Below, piece after piece: positions 16,020 through 26,221 of a stretch of DNA of 26,221 nt. The notes below the pieces were generated by a model. The model was not told the DNA's origin. It worked only from the letters and a program-made list of their open reading frames with translations, and did no database searches. The translations under genes and the position numbers were made by a program. The stretch covers positions 1-26,221 of the forward strand of contig CAXXGJ010000015.1 of NCBI GenBank assembly GCA_963677895.2, given 5' to 3'. This DNA is from Treponemataceae bacterium (GTDB lineage: Bacteria > Spirochaetota > Spirochaetia > Treponematales > Rectinemataceae). Position 1 is the stretch's first letter, and each line of letters opens with the position of its first letter.

Positions 16020-16344
16020 TAATTTTGTGGCAAAAATACCGCAAACTGATAAGCAGCAACCACATTACAAGATCAAGGGTGGCAACAATTTTAACCGCTA
16101 GACGCTGATTACCTCGCGCCAATTGGCACGAAAAATCATCATTCTGTAATGCGATAGGCTCCGAAAAAAAATAAGACCTTCGGCCTAGATTGCCGCGCGC
16201 CCTTGGCCGGTAGCGGCGGCGATCAGAGCAACAGGCCCGGCACGTCGGGCTAATCGCTACATCCTCTCCTATGTGGCCGAGAGATATAGGCCATTTGGAC
16301 CAGTAAAGCTAAACCTGATCACTACATTATCTTATGTGATCACT

Positions 16345-16842
16345 ATGAGGATTTATGCTGAGGCTACTGATCAGTTGCTAAAAGAGATCAACCAAGCGGT
16401 CAAAGAAAAAGGAATTGGTAAGACCCAAATAGTTCTTGAAGCCCTTGATCAGTACCTACATGGTAGTGATCATGGAGAGCTTGCAAAAGCTAGGTCCGAG
16501 CTGGAAAAGACCAAAGGAGACCTAGATAAAAGTTGGTTCGAGATCACTAGGTTAAGGTCTGAGATCACAGCTATTAAAGCTGATTTAGAAAAGATAAGAT
16601 CACTAGCTGAAAGGCTCCAGCAAGAGAGTGATCTACTAAAGAAAACTGCTGATCAAGCACACATAGACCTTGAATTGTCGCGACGTGATCACGAGCATGC
16701 ACTAGACACCATACGACAAGACCGGGAACAGATCAGTATGTTATCTGCATTGACTCATCAGTTGACAGAGAAGATCACGCCTGCGCTGCCACCAAGCCAG
16801 GAAGAGGCCAAAAAGAAAGGATGGTGGCAGTTCTGGAGATGA
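16345..16842 (+). CDS. RHH + coiled coil + WWQFWR protein (copy 2)
   Basis: Identical to 3393-3890. Confidence 0.8.
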   Translation: MRIYAEATDQLLKEINQAVKEKGIGKTQIVLEALDQYLHGSDHGELAKARSELEKTKGDLDKSWFEITRLRSEITAIKADLEKIRSLAERLQQESDLLKKTADQAHIDLELSRRDHEHALDTIRQDREQISMLSALTHQLTEKITPALPPSQEEAKKKGWWQFWR

Positions 16843-16849
16843 AGAGTTG

Positions 16850-17377
16850 ATGGAACTTAGTACTTTGGCTGATATTGGAGTAGCTCTTGCGACCTTATTT
16901 TTGGCTATCATAACGAGCTTAACTATTAGAGAAACGCGTCTGCAGCAAAAAAAAGATCGTTTACATAAAGAAATGACGTTATTAGTTGGGCAATTACATA
17001 TCCACATGGACAGCGATTTATTATTTGGTACAACGGAACTTAATAATCGACCTAACCGAGATAGAACCACAGATCAAGACTGGAAAATGTATTTTAATTT
17101 TTGGGATAATATTGAAATTAATATGTATTTAGCGGACAGGGATTTATTAAGAGCGCTGAAAAACCACATTGACGCAAAAAATGATTATTGGAATTGGGCG
17201 AGAAGCAATGGACTCTTAATATTTAACGCTAATAACGAGTACAAACAGAAAATGCAGTGGATCAAGACTACAAGAAATGCTTTGGACAAGGAAACCAATA
17301 GAAGATATGAAAACCTAAAGAAAGAAATCGATGAACTTGAACAAAGGCCTTGGTATCATTTCTGGAAATGCCACTAA
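16850..17377 (+). CDS. TM-anchored hypothetical protein (copy 2)
   Basis: Identical to 3898-4425. Confidence 0.8.
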   Translation: MELSTLADIGVALATLFLAIITSLTIRETRLQQKKDRLHKEMTLLVGQLHIHMDSDLLFGTTELNNRPNRDRTTDQDWKMYFNFWDNIEINMYLADRDLLRALKNHIDAKNDYWNWARSNGLLIFNANNEYKQKMQWIKTTRNALDKETNRRYENLKKEIDELEQRPWYHFWKCH

Positions 17378-17646
17378 GAGAAGGCCCCTCGCAGTCTCCG
17401 CGTGATCGAATCCTTTGGATACTCAACAACAGCGGCGGCAAGATGGACAGGAGCACCTTAAGGCGGCGCATGGGGACAGGCCATGAAAGGTCACAGTTTT
17501 ATAGTTTTAAGACACATATATTGATAGGTGAAATATTCTATGCTGTGGAACCTTGTAAAGAAGATTATAAAAATACACCTTCTCGTGATTGGCTTGATAG
17601 CTCTTCTGTGTTTCTTGAAAAAGAAGCACCATTGCTGCTGCCATAA
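17368..17646 (+). pseudogene. Disrupted small wHTH gene (copy 2)
   Basis: Identical to 4416-4694. Confidence 0.5.
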
Positions 17647-17727
17647 TGATAAAGAATAGACAACCATTTTTACCGCCTAGGAAGAAGCAAAGAAAAAGAG
17701 CTGGTGGCGGTTCTGGAAATGAGGAGA

Positions 17728-17934
17728 TCACCCTTCCAGCCAGAACTCCTGTGGCCACAGCCCGCCCTCTTCACAGCAGGTTTCTTGAGAGTGGACTTCC
17801 TCAAAGCGATTATGGATCATCTCATCAACCTCCGACAGCCTGACCCCAAACACCTCAGCCAGGATCTCCCTTGCCGCTTCCAGCTCCATAGCCTTTTGAC
17901 TCATTGCCTTATGTGGCCTGAAGACTCCTGCCAT
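17728..17934 (-). CDS. Small acidic hypothetical protein (copy 2)
   Basis: Identical to 4776-4982. Confidence 0.6.
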   Translation of the reverse strand: MAGVFRPHKAMSQKAMELEAAREILAEVFGVRLSEVDEMIHNRFEEVHSQETCCEEGGLWPQEFWLEG

Positions 17935-18034
17935 GAAGAGCTTATTCTACGTATAAGGTTAAGTAATTTGGCCGGAAAACAATATCAATAGGCCATTTTT
18001 TCATAAAGGGAAAGCTTGAATATCATACAAAGAG

Positions 18035-18499
18035 ATGAATGAGACCATGAGACGAACCAGAGCCTTCTTTATGCTGTCTATGCTGCTCCTGATCACCCTG
18101 GCAGCAGGCGCGCCGGATGAGGCCATGGGAAGAGTTTCAAAGGTTGTGGATGGTGACACCTTCGACGTTACCCTAGATAGCCATGATAGCCGGATCTCCG
18201 AGGACATCATCAGGGTCCGGCTTGCAGACATTGACACGCCGGAAGTTCGCGGGCCGAAAGCATGCGAAGCTGGGAAGAAGGCATCAGCCTACACGAAAAA
18301 ATGGCTTTTAGGTAGAACAGTATCCTTGGACCTTGATGATAAGACCGGCAAGGTAAAAAACTATGGAATATGGCGATGGGTGGCGGTTTGCTATCTGCAG
18401 GATGGCCGGAACTTCAATAAGATGCTTGTGGATGCCGGCCACGCCGTGATAAAAGACTTCAAAAATAATGAGTTCGATCCTGGGAGCTGGTGGAGCTAA
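18035..18499 (+). CDS. Secreted thermonuclease (copy 2)
   Basis: Identical to 5083-5547. Confidence 0.92.
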   Translation: MNETMRRTRAFFMLSMLLLITLAAGAPDEAMGRVSKVVDGDTFDVTLDSHDSRISEDIIRVRLADIDTPEVRGPKACEAGKKASAYTKKWLLGRTVSLDLDDKTGKVKNYGIWRWVAVCYLQDGRNFNKMLVDAGHAVIKDFKNNEFDPGSWWS

Positions 18500-18744
18500 G
18501 AATAGATCGCTCTGGCGTCCTTCAAGGTCTCCATGGCTCGCTCTCCTGTGGGTGATGTCTTATAGATAATCCCATCCTCCTGGATGGCCTCGATAAGCCC
18601 CTTTTCTTGCAGTAAAGTGAGATATGGCCCTACGGTCTTAAAATTCAATCCAGCTTGATAAACAACCCTGGTCTTATTAGCACCTTCGCGACATGTATCG
18701 AGAATTTGGACTATGATCTGATCTTTTTCCCTTTTCGGAAGCAT
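18496..18744 (-). CDS. Winged-helix regulator (copy 2)
   Basis: Identical to 5544-5792. Confidence 0.88.
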   Translation of the reverse strand: MLPKREKDQIIVQILDTCREGANKTRVVYQAGLNFKTVGPYLTLLQEKGLIEAIQEDGIIYKTSPTGERAMETLKDARAIYS

Positions 18745-18969
18745 AACATAGGTAAGTATTTTATATACTTATTAATGTTTCCTTCTTATGTAACCGGGCC
18801 ACATAAGATAATATCGAAGCGTTACATAAGAACGGGCCGATTGTGGCTTTATACATGCAAAATTATAATTTCTGTAATGCCTTATAATCAACGATCTCAG
18901 GCAAAGATGATAGTTAAGGACTGGCTAGAAATCGCTTGAAGGTCGATTATTGATTGCTGTCCTGTGGCA

Positions 18970-19215
18970 TTAAAGGCTATGTCCGAGATAAAGCGCAAAA
19001 TGTCCTATGATGAGAAGATCCGATGCATAGACAAGAACCCTGACCACAAGAGGATCTTCATTTAGCGTATGTTCGCAGAAGGATATCACCCACCGAGAGA
19101 TGATTATCATGAGAATTACCACTAGCATGGTAAGGCAGAAGATAACGAAATGTGCGATTAGGCTTACCATGTAGGGCTCGACAATCAACCAAACCTCTTG
19201 GTGAACGTTGAACAT
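18970..19215 (-). CDS. Small membrane protein (copy 2)
   Basis: Identical to 6018-6263. Confidence 0.75.
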   Translation of the reverse strand: MFNVHQEVWLIVEPYMVSLIAHFVIFCLTMLVVILMIIISRWVISFCEHTLNEDPLVVRVLVYASDLLIIGHFALYLGHSL

Positions 19216-19626
19216 TCACCTCAGATATATCTGTCATATAGTTATAAGTTTTTTTTCTTTAGATTGTTTTTATATATACTGTTTATTTTTTAATATATAT
19301 TATAACTAAGAGAAACGCTATGCACTAAACTAATAACAGTTGTTTAAAAAAATTTTTTTCTACCTGAGAATCCTTAGACTTCGATTGTGCGCGAAGCTCT
19401 ATAAGTTGCCTAGATTTAGTTCATTTGTTGATTCGTTTACATGCCATGTAAATTATCAATCAATTTCTGACCTATTACTTCGATGTCTCTTCATATCGGT
19501 TCATTATTATTCTCCTATCCACTAAGCACTATAGAAATATCAGTAAGTCACCTGATATTTTAGGATCGGTGCAAGGAAGTTTGTGTCTCTTATCCTCTAT
19601 TCTCTAAAATTAATTGATCGTTGACG

Positions 19627-20151
19627 TCAATGAATTTGTACCTTCAAGCGAAGCACTTTCTCCCTGGCATCGCCAGGCCTAGCATGAAGTTCATAGCGGC
19701 GCATGTCCAGCTTTACCAGAAGGCGTGTCATTGTGGCCCGGTCAATGCCTAGAATGTGTTCCAGTTGCTTCAATGTGGTAGGCCCGCGGCTCTTCAGCAC
19801 TTCATCTATTTTCGCGATTCTGGCAACGGTCTTCTCTCCTGATGGTGTCGGAGCCTTGACCAGTTTGGCGATTATGTTATCTATCTCGGAGATGGCATCA
19901 AAAGAATCGTCGGTTCGTGCTCCCTGCAGACGCACCTCGCGGCGCAAGGCGGCTATTTCCTGCCTATCCTGGTCTCTCTCTTCTCGGAGCCCCATAACCT
20001 CATCCTGCAAAGGCTGGAAGGCTTCTTGGATGAGGCCCCGGAGCTGTGATAAGGAGAGTGTGATAGATGGTTCTGAAGGCGATACGGGAAAATCGGCTTG
20101 CATCGCTGTGGACGCAAAGCTATTTATCTTAGCTAAGGCTATTTCTGACAT
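19627..20151 (-). CDS. Coiled coil + MarR-like wHTH protein (copy 2)
   Basis: Identical to 6675-7199. Confidence 0.85.
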   Translation of the reverse strand: MSEIALAKINSFASTAMQADFPVSPSEPSITLSLSQLRGLIQEAFQPLQDEVMGLREERDQDRQEIAALRREVRLQGARTDDSFDAISEIDNIIAKLVKAPTPSGEKTVARIAKIDEVLKSRGPTTLKQLEHILGIDRATMTRLLVKLDMRRYELHARPGDAREKVLRLKVQIH

Positions 20152-20365
20152 AAGGTATTCACCTGCACGGTGTTTTCTCCTGTCAGGAGTTCGCAGCTCC
20201 TGACCGGAAACCAGTTTTTTATTACTACTATTATTTTGGCAAAGATTATTTCAAATCATTTTAAAGCTATGCCTAGATAAGCTCATATTCGGTCAGTGAC
20301 AACCCGCAAGCTGGCATTGTGTTTCACCAAAACCGTGCCAAAGGGCGGGGGTAATCCCTGTCCTT

Positions 20366-20515
20366 CTAATTACTTGCATGATGCTCTAAGTATTCTTTAA
20401 TCGCATCCGCGATCACGCCAGATTGTGAGCCTCTAAGTGTTCCTTTTGTCTTCACGATATACTCTTTCAGCCTCTGGTTAATCTCGGGGGTAATATCAGC
20501 ACTGACTTTAGGCAT
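20366..20515 (-). CDS. 49-aa RHH protein (copy 2)
   Basis: Identical to 7414-7563. Confidence 0.85.
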   Translation of the reverse strand: MPKVSADITPEINQRLKEYIVKTKGTLRGSQSGVIADAIKEYLEHHASN

Positions 20516-20612
20516 GTTAGAACATAAGATCTTAGCTCTATATAACCTTTACTTCTTTAATAGACTAAACTCTTAAATACTAAAAAGACTATGTTCCTAT
20601 CGGTGAAACGCA

Positions 20613-20972
20613 ATGTCTGGAAAAGTATTAGTTCAAGTTGAAACCCCAAAAACGCAATCCATCGATGCTGTGAAAACGCTATTGGCCTACGTTGGCCGCG
20701 CAAGTGATCCGCTACCCTCGGACGTGAGCCTTGATAATGGCCGTGTGGTGTTGATCCTGTCCAATAAAAAGGACTGTTTTTATGTGGCCACACCGCGAGC
20801 ATGTTCTTGCCCGGCGCATACCTGGCATCCGGGCCAATCATGCAAGCATCAGAGAAAGTTCTTTCCACAATCGGAGGCGGCTAAAACCGTCTCTGCTAAC
20901 GAACCTCTGATTAAGCGAGGCGGATTTAGGCCGGTGGACACCATGCCAGGAGAGGAGAAGGTGGCGGCATAG
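20613..20972 (+). CDS. SWIM zinc-finger protein (copy 2)
   Basis: Identical to 7661-8020. Confidence 0.85.
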   Translation: MSGKVLVQVETPKTQSIDAVKTLLAYVGRASDPLPSDVSLDNGRVVLILSNKKDCFYVATPRACSCPAHTWHPGQSCKHQRKFFPQSEAAKTVSANEPLIKRGGFRPVDTMPGEEKVAA

Positions 20973-21557
20973 ATGGCCATCACTTCTTTTTGGCGGTGTC
21001 GGAGCTGCCCGTGGGTGTGGCTGGATTGAGCGGTACTAAAAAGGAATAATCGCAGCGATTTTTCAACCGCCGCGCACGGCCTGAGTTCTCTAGCGAGTTA
21101 TTCTTCAGTTTGCCGCGCACACACTCTTTCAACAATGTATTTAAATTGTACGCATAATTTGACTGTTAATTCCATTCTGTAGCGTGTTATGAAGTCGATT
21201 AGACGATAGATAGCGATTTTGGAAATATTCTTCATCATGATGGTGTAAAAAGAATGCTAGTAGATATTACATATATGATACATAGATAGTATGTATGTAT
21301 GTAGGTAGGTATGTAATGTGAGTAAAATATTTGCACTAAAATCGCATTATGCAAAATTGACGGTCGACCGTTTAATTCAAACAGTCGGTTAACATTTAAC
21401 TTGACACTTTATGTCAAATTTAACACGTAATTATTCTGACTACGGTTCCGTATTCATTGAAAAATGTGCCACTTTGGCGCATGTGCACCACTTTGGTGCA
21501 CTTATTTGGGGGTTAAGCTTAAATCGTCTCATGACATTCCCTTCCCTAGGTGATTCT

Positions 21558-21704
21558 ATGAGAATGGAAGAAATTAATGCAAAAATTCCGATAGAGTCGA
21601 GGTTAGCGATTGAAAAATTCGCTATACAGCGAGAAATTTCGCTCGGAGCAGCCACCAGACACTTTCTGAAAGTTGGAATTCAGGCGGCGGGCGTGGTTGG
21701 TTGA
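21558..21704 (+). CDS. CopG-like RHH protein (copy 2)
   Basis: Identical to 8606-8752. Confidence 0.75.
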   Translation: MRMEEINAKIPIESRLAIEKFAIQREISLGAATRHFLKVGIQAAGVVG

Positions 21705-21841
21705 TACCGAAAATAGAAAATGTGCCCGGAAAGGGTGTTAGCGCACCCTCGCCGCGCGTTGCTGTCGCCTCTGTCTACCTCCGAGAGGTCTACCTATGAG
21801 TAAGGCTCTTCTCAAATTTAACACTTCCCACAGAGGATACT

Positions 21842-22111
21842 ATGCCACATGCTAGCGATAGCAAGACCTCTGTCATTCCCGACGGTCTCAGAACCGAGGG
21901 TAATGAGGGCGAAAAGCATCAACGTGTGCATATCCCACGCGATAAAGCCAAATCTCTGACATGGTTGCCCTGGAAGTCCAATAACCAAGAACACGGCTTG
22001 ATACGCCACAAGTTCAGCGCTAACGGCACCATCACTGAAATGGGAGATAGAGCGCCGGTTATTCGCAGGAAACCCAAAAGTGTCTCTTCAAGGCAGTGGG
22101 AGGCGGTCTAA
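21842..22111 (+). CDS. Basic hypothetical protein (copy 2)
   Basis: Identical to 8890-9159. Confidence 0.55.
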   Translation: MPHASDSKTSVIPDGLRTEGNEGEKHQRVHIPRDKAKSLTWLPWKSNNQEHGLIRHKFSANGTITEMGDRAPVIRRKPKSVSSRQWEAV

Positions 22112-22112
22112 A

Positions 22113-22241
22113 ATGATCGCCACCACAAAACAATCTAAACTAATATTTAAAAAGATCTCCAAAAAGCGATCACAGGAGCCTTGCAAGCTATTCACGTTCT
22201 TGAAAATTATTTGGAAGACATTGAGGAGCGAGAATAGATGA
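22113..22241 (+). CDS. 42-aa ORF coupled to rep (copy 2)
   Basis: Identical to 9161-9289. Confidence 0.55.
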   Translation: MIATTKQSKLIFKKISKKRSQEPCKLFTFLKIIWKTLRSENR

Positions 22242-25000
22242 CCAATGTTCCCGAATGCTTCAACACTCCAAATGCTGGATTCGTGCTCCTCCCGACAGGG
22301 ATTAAATTCCCACCCATCGAGAAGGAATGGCAGAAGAAGCCCCATACTTTCGCAGAGGCGCAGGCTCACCGGGGAAACGTGGGTGTATTGGCCGGCAAAG
22401 CGGACATCGGCCTTGATAAAGACAACCCCGCAGCTTTTGAAGGTCTGGAGCTGCCCACCACGACCAGGTGGGAAACCCGCCCAGGCCGGTATGGGATGAG
22501 ATTCAAGCTCTCCGACAACGTGACAGAGGCCCTGGCTACCATCGGCAAGAAGGCTGATTTGGCACAGATATATCTCTACCGCGATGGGAAGCAATGTGGA
22601 GAGATAAAACTTCAGAGATCTTATCAGATCATCCCACCGTCATTTAAACCACTTGAAGATGGCACGCGCGCAGATTATAAGATGCTTGACTCCAGCCCAC
22701 CGGCTACTATCACCCTGGCGCATCTCCTGGCCGATCTTCAGGCAATCGGAATAACCTTCTCTTCCAAGCTGGAAGCCAACGCCGCCAAACTGGAAGACAT
22801 CGGCAAGAAGGCCCACCACATACGAATAGAGAGCGATGAAACCCGAACCCGGCGCTATGCAGAGGCGGCACTCCGCGATGAAGTATTGACCCTGGCAGGC
22901 ACCCCCGAAGGCAACAGGAATAGGCAACTTAATGATTCGGCTTTCAATCTTGGTCAATTCGTAGCTGTTGGACTGCTAAGTGAGGATGAGGTAATCTCCG
23001 AGCTGACGAGAGCGGCAGAAAATACCGAGCTGCCCACTGAGGAGATCCGAAAAACTATCATTTCCGGGCTGGAAGCTGGAAAGCAGCACCCCAGGGAGAT
23101 ACCAACCGCAGAGGAAACCCCGACACCTGAAAACCTAAACAATCTCTTTGCCAACGATCCCAAGGGGGCCATCAAAAGCCCTGCATTTCTCCGAGCACTG
23201 GCAATGCTCAAAGAATCTGACCCCTTTGAGTACGAACTGCTGAAAGAAAAGATAGCATCTAATAAAACGCTGAAAGGCGTTTCCAAGAAAACAATAGATG
23301 TGATGGTCGAAAGACACGCACCGAAAGCAGAAGAAGCGGATGAGGCCGGGCCTGAGATACCCGAGGATATACTCACTGAAGCGAACCAAGTACTCGACGA
23401 GGGCAGAGGGTTTGAGTATGCTTATGAGGTCTGGCAGAAGCGACACCACGGCGACGGGAATCTAGGAAAGGGGTTATTCCTATCCATTGGCGGCCAGTCC
23501 TGCCTATCATCAAAAGGGGTACATATCCATGCTTGCGGTCCGAGAGGATCCGGAAAGAGCGATGGTGCCGAGAAGGGGGCCGAGGAGATCCCTGCAGAAT
23601 ATCTCTTGGTAGGCAGTGCAAGTCCAAAAGCATTGTACTACCTGGGCGCAAGGTTGCCACCCGGTGCCGTGGTCTATCTGGATGATATCGGCTGGAATGA
23701 CCAGGCCGCCCAGATGTTCAAGACATGCACCACATTTTACAAGGAAGGTGCAACCCATACAGTAGTGGTTGATCAGGAGATCAGGCAGTTCAAGACTGCA
23801 CCCAGGATTATCTTTTGGCTGACCACGGCAGACGACCAGACAGATGAACAGATCAGGGACCGGCTGCTAAGGATCGATACTACAGAAGACCCTAAGCACA
23901 CGAAGGCCGTGATAGATTTTATCTTCCAGCAAAGGAAGAGCGGCGCGGCTTCCTTCGACCCCAGGGAGCTGGAGGTTTGCCGGGCGATTATTCATCTTCT
24001 GAAGCAGGTATTCATTGACGTTGTTATTCCCTTCTCCGACAAGATCAGGTTTGAAGGAGATCCGAGAGGAGCAACCATATTCGCGGATCTAGTATCCTCA
24101 TTTGCCGTCTGGAGACATCGCATAAGGGCGCATGACAGCAACGGTGCCATAATCGCCTGTTACGAGGACTACAAGGACGCAGAGACCTTCTTCAATGCCA
24201 TAAAAGGCCATGGTGACACCAAATACACCCCAAGAGAGCTTAAGGTTCTGCAAGCCATCAAAGACCTACATGGAGTGGCTACTCGTGAGATGGTAAGCAA
24301 AAAGACTGGACTATCCAAAGGCGATTTGTCAGATATCTTGAATGGGCGTAGTCGTGATGGTCAAGCCAAATATGGATTATTCCACAAGTGCGCTGCCTTA
24401 ACTGAGGATGAGGAAGGGACATCAATCCAGATCGAAGACGTAAAGAAAACCCGAACCAGTGTTAAGAAAAAGATACTACGATTGCCGCCAGACTACGACA
24501 CCTTATCAGCTTATGGCAAGGCCGTATATCTTGCAGACGAAACCACAATCAAGCGGACTTGTTCGGCAAGTTCGGAGCAGTTCGGCACGAGTTCGGAAAT
24601 CAAAAACAAGTTCGGCAAAGATCTAGTTCGGTTGTTCGTAGAATATAATATAATAAGAGAGAAGAGAACTAACGTACACAAACTCTCTCCTTGTGTGGAT
24701 GGAATAAAATTAAAAAAAATATCTTTTTCACGCCAGGAGCAAAAAATCAACGAACTGCCGAACTTTGTGCCGCTAGATAATGGTTTGCCTTTACGAACCG
24801 ATGTCGAACAATGTCGAACCACGCCGAACCAGTCATTAGATAGCGATTTACCAACAATGTCAAAGAGAGATATGCCTATTCCAACCGGGCCATCCGGTGA
24901 GATCAGAATAGCGGCAATGTCCGAGTATGGCATAGGTCGTAACCTGGCTGGAAGCAAATTATCAGCCCTACACCCTGGCGGATGGCTCAACCGGATATAA
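22238..25000 (+). CDS. rep: Replication primase-helicase (copy 2), C-terminus frameshifted by a 56-bp deletion
   Basis: Identical to copy 1 up to ...SEYGI. The deletion junction is at 24935/24936. Confidence 0.8.
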   Translation: MTNVPECFNTPNAGFVLLPTGIKFPPIEKEWQKKPHTFAEAQAHRGNVGVLAGKADIGLDKDNPAAFEGLELPTTTRWETRPGRYGMRFKLSDNVTEALATIGKKADLAQIYLYRDGKQCGEIKLQRSYQIIPPSFKPLEDGTRADYKMLDSSPPATITLAHLLADLQAIGITFSSKLEANAAKLEDIGKKAHHIRIESDETRTRRYAEAALRDEVLTLAGTPEGNRNRQLNDSAFNLGQFVAVGLLSEDEVISELTRAAENTELPTEEIRKTIISGLEAGKQHPREIPTAEETPTPENLNNLFANDPKGAIKSPAFLRALAMLKESDPFEYELLKEKIASNKTLKGVSKKTIDVMVERHAPKAEEADEAGPEIPEDILTEANQVLDEGRGFEYAYEVWQKRHHGDGNLGKGLFLSIGGQSCLSSKGVHIHACGPRGSGKSDGAEKGAEEIPAEYLLVGSASPKALYYLGARLPPGAVVYLDDIGWNDQAAQMFKTCTTFYKEGATHTVVVDQEIRQFKTAPRIIFWLTTADDQTDEQIRDRLLRIDTTEDPKHTKAVIDFIFQQRKSGAASFDPRELEVCRAIIHLLKQVFIDVVIPFSDKIRFEGDPRGATIFADLVSSFAVWRHRIRAHDSNGAIIACYEDYKDAETFFNAIKGHGDTKYTPRELKVLQAIKDLHGVATREMVSKKTGLSKGDLSDILNGRSRDGQAKYGLFHKCAALTEDEEGTSIQIEDVKKTRTSVKKKILRLPPDYDTLSAYGKAVYLADETTIKRTCSASSEQFGTSSEIKNKFGKDLVRLFVEYNIIREKRTNVHKLSPCVDGIKLKKISFSRQEQKINELPNFVPLDNGLPLRTDVEQCRTTPNQSLDSDLPTMSKRDMPIPTGPSGEIRIAAMSEYGIGRNLAGSKLSALHPGGWLNRI
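24561..24829. repeat. Candidate origin iteron arrays (copy 2)
   Basis: Identical to 11609-11877. Confidence 0.75.
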
Positions 25001-25356
25001 GCAGAAAGCGACAGCATGATCCTTCTATTCAGGAAGCTTGAAGCGTCCTATCGCGTCCACTCCCCCCAAAAAAATCCCAAACCCATATCAGCAGCGGAAA
25101 TACAATAATCCGAAACGTCCGTGATCCATCCTGATATTAGGAAAAAGAGAAGCAAGAGACGCAAAATGGTTACAGAAAAACAGGACGTTTTGGACTTCCT
25201 AAACCTCCAATATGGCATTTCGATAGGTATGCAGAGCAAAGCCGGCGGTTTGCATCATTGCATCAGAGCGTGGAACCCAAAGGCTTTTCGTTAGATCCTT
25301 TAATTCAATTATGAAATATGTAGGAGGTATTATCAACGAATGCACGAATAACGGTC

Positions 25357-25785
25357 TTGGCCGCCCTTTTGATAGTCGGTACATTATTTACACCCGCAAC
25401 CGCACTTACCGATGATGAAAAAACAATTGTTGAGGTGGTGGGAACCAAAACACTTATGGACATCGATTCAATCACATTTGCTCTTGTAGAAATCGACTAT
25501 GGGAATACTATGAACATGTGGTTTGTCCCCAAAAGCTCAGACGAAGACACCCTTATAAATTCGATAGGTAGCACTGTAGGTGTTTACGTTGGTGCTTGCA
25601 AGTCGTATCCAGATATATCAGACCTAAATCTTATGGTAGGAACGAAATCCACCGTGGCCGGTAAGATGTATTGCAAAAGAGCGTGGGCTGATGAAGTCAG
25701 TCAAAACACAGATGGTTCCTATAATACAAATGAGATGGGACTAGTAGCACTAAGAGTTCTCGGAACCTTCAAAAAGACATCTTAA
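25357..25785 (+). CDS. Secreted hypothetical protein (copy 2)
   Basis: Identical to 12461-12889. Confidence 0.8.
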   Translation: MAALLIVGTLFTPATALTDDEKTIVEVVGTKTLMDIDSITFALVEIDYGNTMNMWFVPKSSDEDTLINSIGSTVGVYVGACKSYPDISDLNLMVGTKSTVAGKMYCKRAWADEVSQNTDGSYNTNEMGLVALRVLGTFKKTS

Positions 25786-25790
25786 CTACG

Positions 25791-26221
25791 GTGAGATTAA
25801 TGAAACAATGGATTATGATATTAATGCTATTTGCCGTTAGCATCTCGATCGCAGCATGCGAGGAGCTGAAGGCAGGAAATGCAAATTTCGACCTAGGTGA
25901 TGGTTATAAGGCATCATTTGTACTTCCGGACATCGGGAAGGCCCTATGTAGTGGAGGATGCATATACTGCGCACACAAATACCGGACTGTTTACACCCTA
26001 TGGCTTTACAATATCCTCTGACGGTATCGAATTGGCATCCCTGAAAATGTATGTGTATTCCAGCCCACAATTATATCCCGCACCAAAGCGCAGTACAGAG
26101 GCTTCTACAATACCTGAAGTTTTGGGTCCAAGGATTATAACACCTGAAACCATAAGCGTGCTCTTGGATATGTTGGCTATGATCTGCAAATAGGTGCAAC
26201 AGGGACGGATACAAACAATGC
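25791..26221 (+). pseudogene. Frameshifted, edge-truncated copy of the 12895-13506 gene (probably sequencing errors)
   Basis: +1 G at ~25941 and -1 G at ~26158 relative to the intact copy. Confidence 0.6.
25849..26221. repeat. Partial third copy of the unit start, with indel errors
   Basis: Matches ~1-373 except for an extra G (~25941), ggcc>gcgc (~26089) and a missing G (~26158). Confidence 0.95.

Larger units (their letters stand above)
12953..25848. repeat. Tandem copy 2 of the unit (12,896 bp; 56-bp deletion near its end)
   Basis: The ORF set is identical at offset +12952 up to ~24935. The offset becomes +12896 after loss of the segment equivalent to 11984-12039. Confidence 0.97.

Noticed and set aside
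12953..26221. Biological gene duplication or amplification of all genes
   Set aside because: Near-perfect identity, with errors clustered at the contig end, fits a circular molecule read through twice. It is not evidence of paralogy.
25849..26221. Programmed frameshift or diversification (DGR, phase variation) of the secreted gene
   Set aside because: Single-base indels and a base swap at the contig end look like sequencing errors. No reverse transcriptase or template repeat is present.

Overview
The window is about two tandem passes of one 12,952-bp unit: copy 1 = 1-12952, copy 2 = 12953-25848, and a partial third copy at 25849-26221. The only differences I found are near the 3' end (a 56-bp deletion, homopolymer indels and one base swap). 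This is most simply an over-circularised assembly, or a multimer, of a ~13-kb circular element. The unit looks like a cryptic archaeal plasmid: it has TATA-box promoters and GGAGG/GGTGA RBSs, and its small ORFs resemble those I recall from Methanothrix/Methanosarcinales mobile elements (host assignment is inference). It encodes a 945-aa Prim-Pol/PriCT/AAA+ (MCM-like)/wHTH replication protein, three ribbon-helix-helix proteins (one missed by the ORF track), wHTH regulators, a SWIM-finger protein, a secreted thermonuclease and a cluster of signal-peptide cargo genes. I recognise no integrase, relaxase, ParA or capsid gene. Four hidden structures stand out. (1) Two opposed arrays of GTTCG/CGAAC iterons flank an AT-rich core inside the rep gene (candidate origin). 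(2) An RHH/coiled-coil/WWQFWR gene carries 14 GATC sites in all three frames, often 21 bp apart (candidate single-protein partition system with an embedded centromere). (3) A 17-bp AAASSYTTTTCGTTRGA element sits at promoter position in front of the secreted-protein cassettes. (4) Three TGG-N6-TTCTGGARATG junctions suggest cassette shuffling.
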